From assembly GCA_037447235.1 (NCBI GenBank), contig JBBIHC010000002.1:5951-69950 (forward strand): a stretch of 64,000 nt of DNA. The letters run 5' to 3'. The DNA is from Candidatus Micrarchaeota archaeon (lineage in GTDB: Archaea > Micrarchaeota > Micrarchaeia > Anstonellales > Bilamarchaeaceae). Both the position numbers and the translations under genes were made by a program. This document shows, piece after piece, positions 63,078 through 64,000 of the stretch; within the stretch, counting starts at the first letter, position 1; each line of letters begins with the position of its first letter. The notes beneath the pieces were generated by a model. That model made no database searches, was not told the origin of the DNA, and saw only the letters and a program-made list of their open reading frames with translations.

Positions 63078-63658
63078 TTTTTCTCCTCCTTCTTCGGTTT
63101 CTCGGCCTTTTTGCCCTCATCCTGTTTTTTCTCAACCCAAGAAAGCAGGCCCAGACCGTCAGGCCGCATCGTTAGGCCTATCTTCGTGTCGGCGCTTGTT
63201 GTCTTGAGGCTTATTGTTGAAACTTTCACCAGCGCCAGATCGCCTTTCTTTATGCTTTTCCTTGCTGCCTTTGACGACAGGGTCTTGCTCTTTTTGTCAT
63301 AGAAGAATTTATCCTTCCCGACCTGTGAGATGTGGATGAGGCCTTGGAACGGGCCGATTGACGCGAAGGCGCCGAATTCAACCATATCCTTTATCTCAGC
63401 CAGGAATACCTCGTTTACATAAGGCATAAAGGAGAGCGATTTGAACTTTACCGAGTAATAGGCGCCGGCGTCGCCCGGTATCACAACCCCCTCCTTGCTA
63501 ACTTCCGGGTCAAAGACGACAAGAACCATCCCGACTTCCCTGAATATCCTTCCTTCATATCTTTCCCGAAGGATGTGCAAGGTGGCGTCCTCTATTGTGC
63601 TGCCGAACATTGTTGGCGGTATTCTAACCTTATCCTCAATCAGGTTTAGATAATACAT
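63074..63658 (-). CDS. rpoE: DNA-directed RNA polymerase subunit E' (Rpo7).
   Basis: It has an N-terminal RNP-like domain and a C-terminal S1 fold (GLIHISQV...). The gene order rpoE then spt4 is the conserved archaeal arrangement. Confidence 0.8.
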   Translation of the reverse strand: MYYLNLIEDKVRIPPTMFGSTIEDATLHILRERYEGRIFREVGMVLVVFDPEVSKEGVVIPGDAGAYYSVKFKSLSFMPYVNEVFLAEIKDMVEFGAFASIGPFQGLIHISQVGKDKFFYDKKSKTLSSKAARKSIKKGDLALVKVSTISLKTTSADTKIGLTMRPDGLGLLSWVEKKQDEGKKAEKPKKEEKK

Positions 63659-63716
63659 AAAAAATCCCTGCTGTCAGCAATAGCACATTTATTCTCTCAA
63701 TCTTATTTTTAAATCT

Positions 63717-64000
63717 TTACCTGCTCTTCATAACTTGCGCTATCCGGTCAAATGCCTCGTTTATCTGCTCTGGCGGCGGCAGGAAGACCACGCGGAAATA
63801 AAGCCCTTCCACCGGGCCGCAGGCGCTTCCGGGCACCACGACTACGCCGTTCCTGAGCAACTCGCGGGCGAATGCCCAGTCGTTCTTCCATTTGGCGCTT
63901 TCAACTTTCACAAACGCGTAAAACGCCCCCCCGGGGCGGGCGGCCCGCAATCCGTCAATTTCCTCAATCCTTTTCATAAGAGCATCCAAATGCGCGGCTA
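63717..64000 (-). CDS. Class I/II aminotransferase, C-terminal fragment. The gene continues beyond the window.
   Basis: PGGAFYAFVKV...VVVVPGSACG is typical of the aspartate/aromatic aminotransferase C-terminal domain. The ORF is open to the window edge. Confidence 0.5.
   Translation of the reverse strand, partial: AAHLDALMKRIEEIDGLRAARPGGAFYAFVKVESAKWKNDWAFARELLRNGVVVVPGSACGPVEGLYFRVVFLPPPEQINEAFDRIAQVMKSR

Noticed and set aside
1-64000. rRNA genes, CRISPR arrays, integrases/transposases and prophage remnants.
   Set aside because: No rRNA-like conserved blocks, no spaced perfect direct repeats, and no recombinase or transposase catalytic motifs were seen anywhere in the window.

Overview
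This window reads as an archaeal chromosome segment with about 50% GC and the standard genetic code. TGA is used as a stop codon, for example where ribB ends and ribC-ribH begins. Gene content points to a small-genome, DPANN-like or euryarchaeal lineage. Housekeeping genes are archaeal-type: ProRS, AlaRS, an RpoE-Spt4 pair, SecF-SecD, Pus10, ATP-dependent DNA ligase, FtsZ, PurM, archaeal myo-inositol-1-phosphate synthase, cupin-type PGI, endonuclease IV and an M17 aminopeptidase. There is an intron-containing tRNA(CAT). There is a riboflavin operon made of ribB, a fused archaeal ribC-ribH, and a bacterial-type ribA. A long ThyX-like gene precedes that operon. A VapBC pair and a free-standing LAGLIDADG protein are present. 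A cluster of four pilin-like genes sits near a prepilin peptidase. Several features are not explained by known families. An operon of three very large ORFan proteins lies at 10.6-18.0 kb; one of them is a secreted, Cys-rich, sequon-rich protein. It is preceded by a small protein that ends in the conserved ribosomal P-stalk tail. The ftsZ neighbourhood contains a coiled-coil protein and a bitopic membrane protein with tandem peptide repeats. A lipoprotein is built from ten 27-residue four-Cys repeats. A Cdc48-like tandem AAA+ ATPase is fused to a polytopic membrane domain. The ORF track missed an eL41 ribosomal protein gene because it is only 24-37 aa. A structured non-coding region sits at 57.8-58.0 kb. 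No CRISPR array, rRNA, transposase or integrase was seen. Coordinates I derived by hand rather than from the ORF track (tRNA, eL41, alternative starts) may be off by 1-2 nt.
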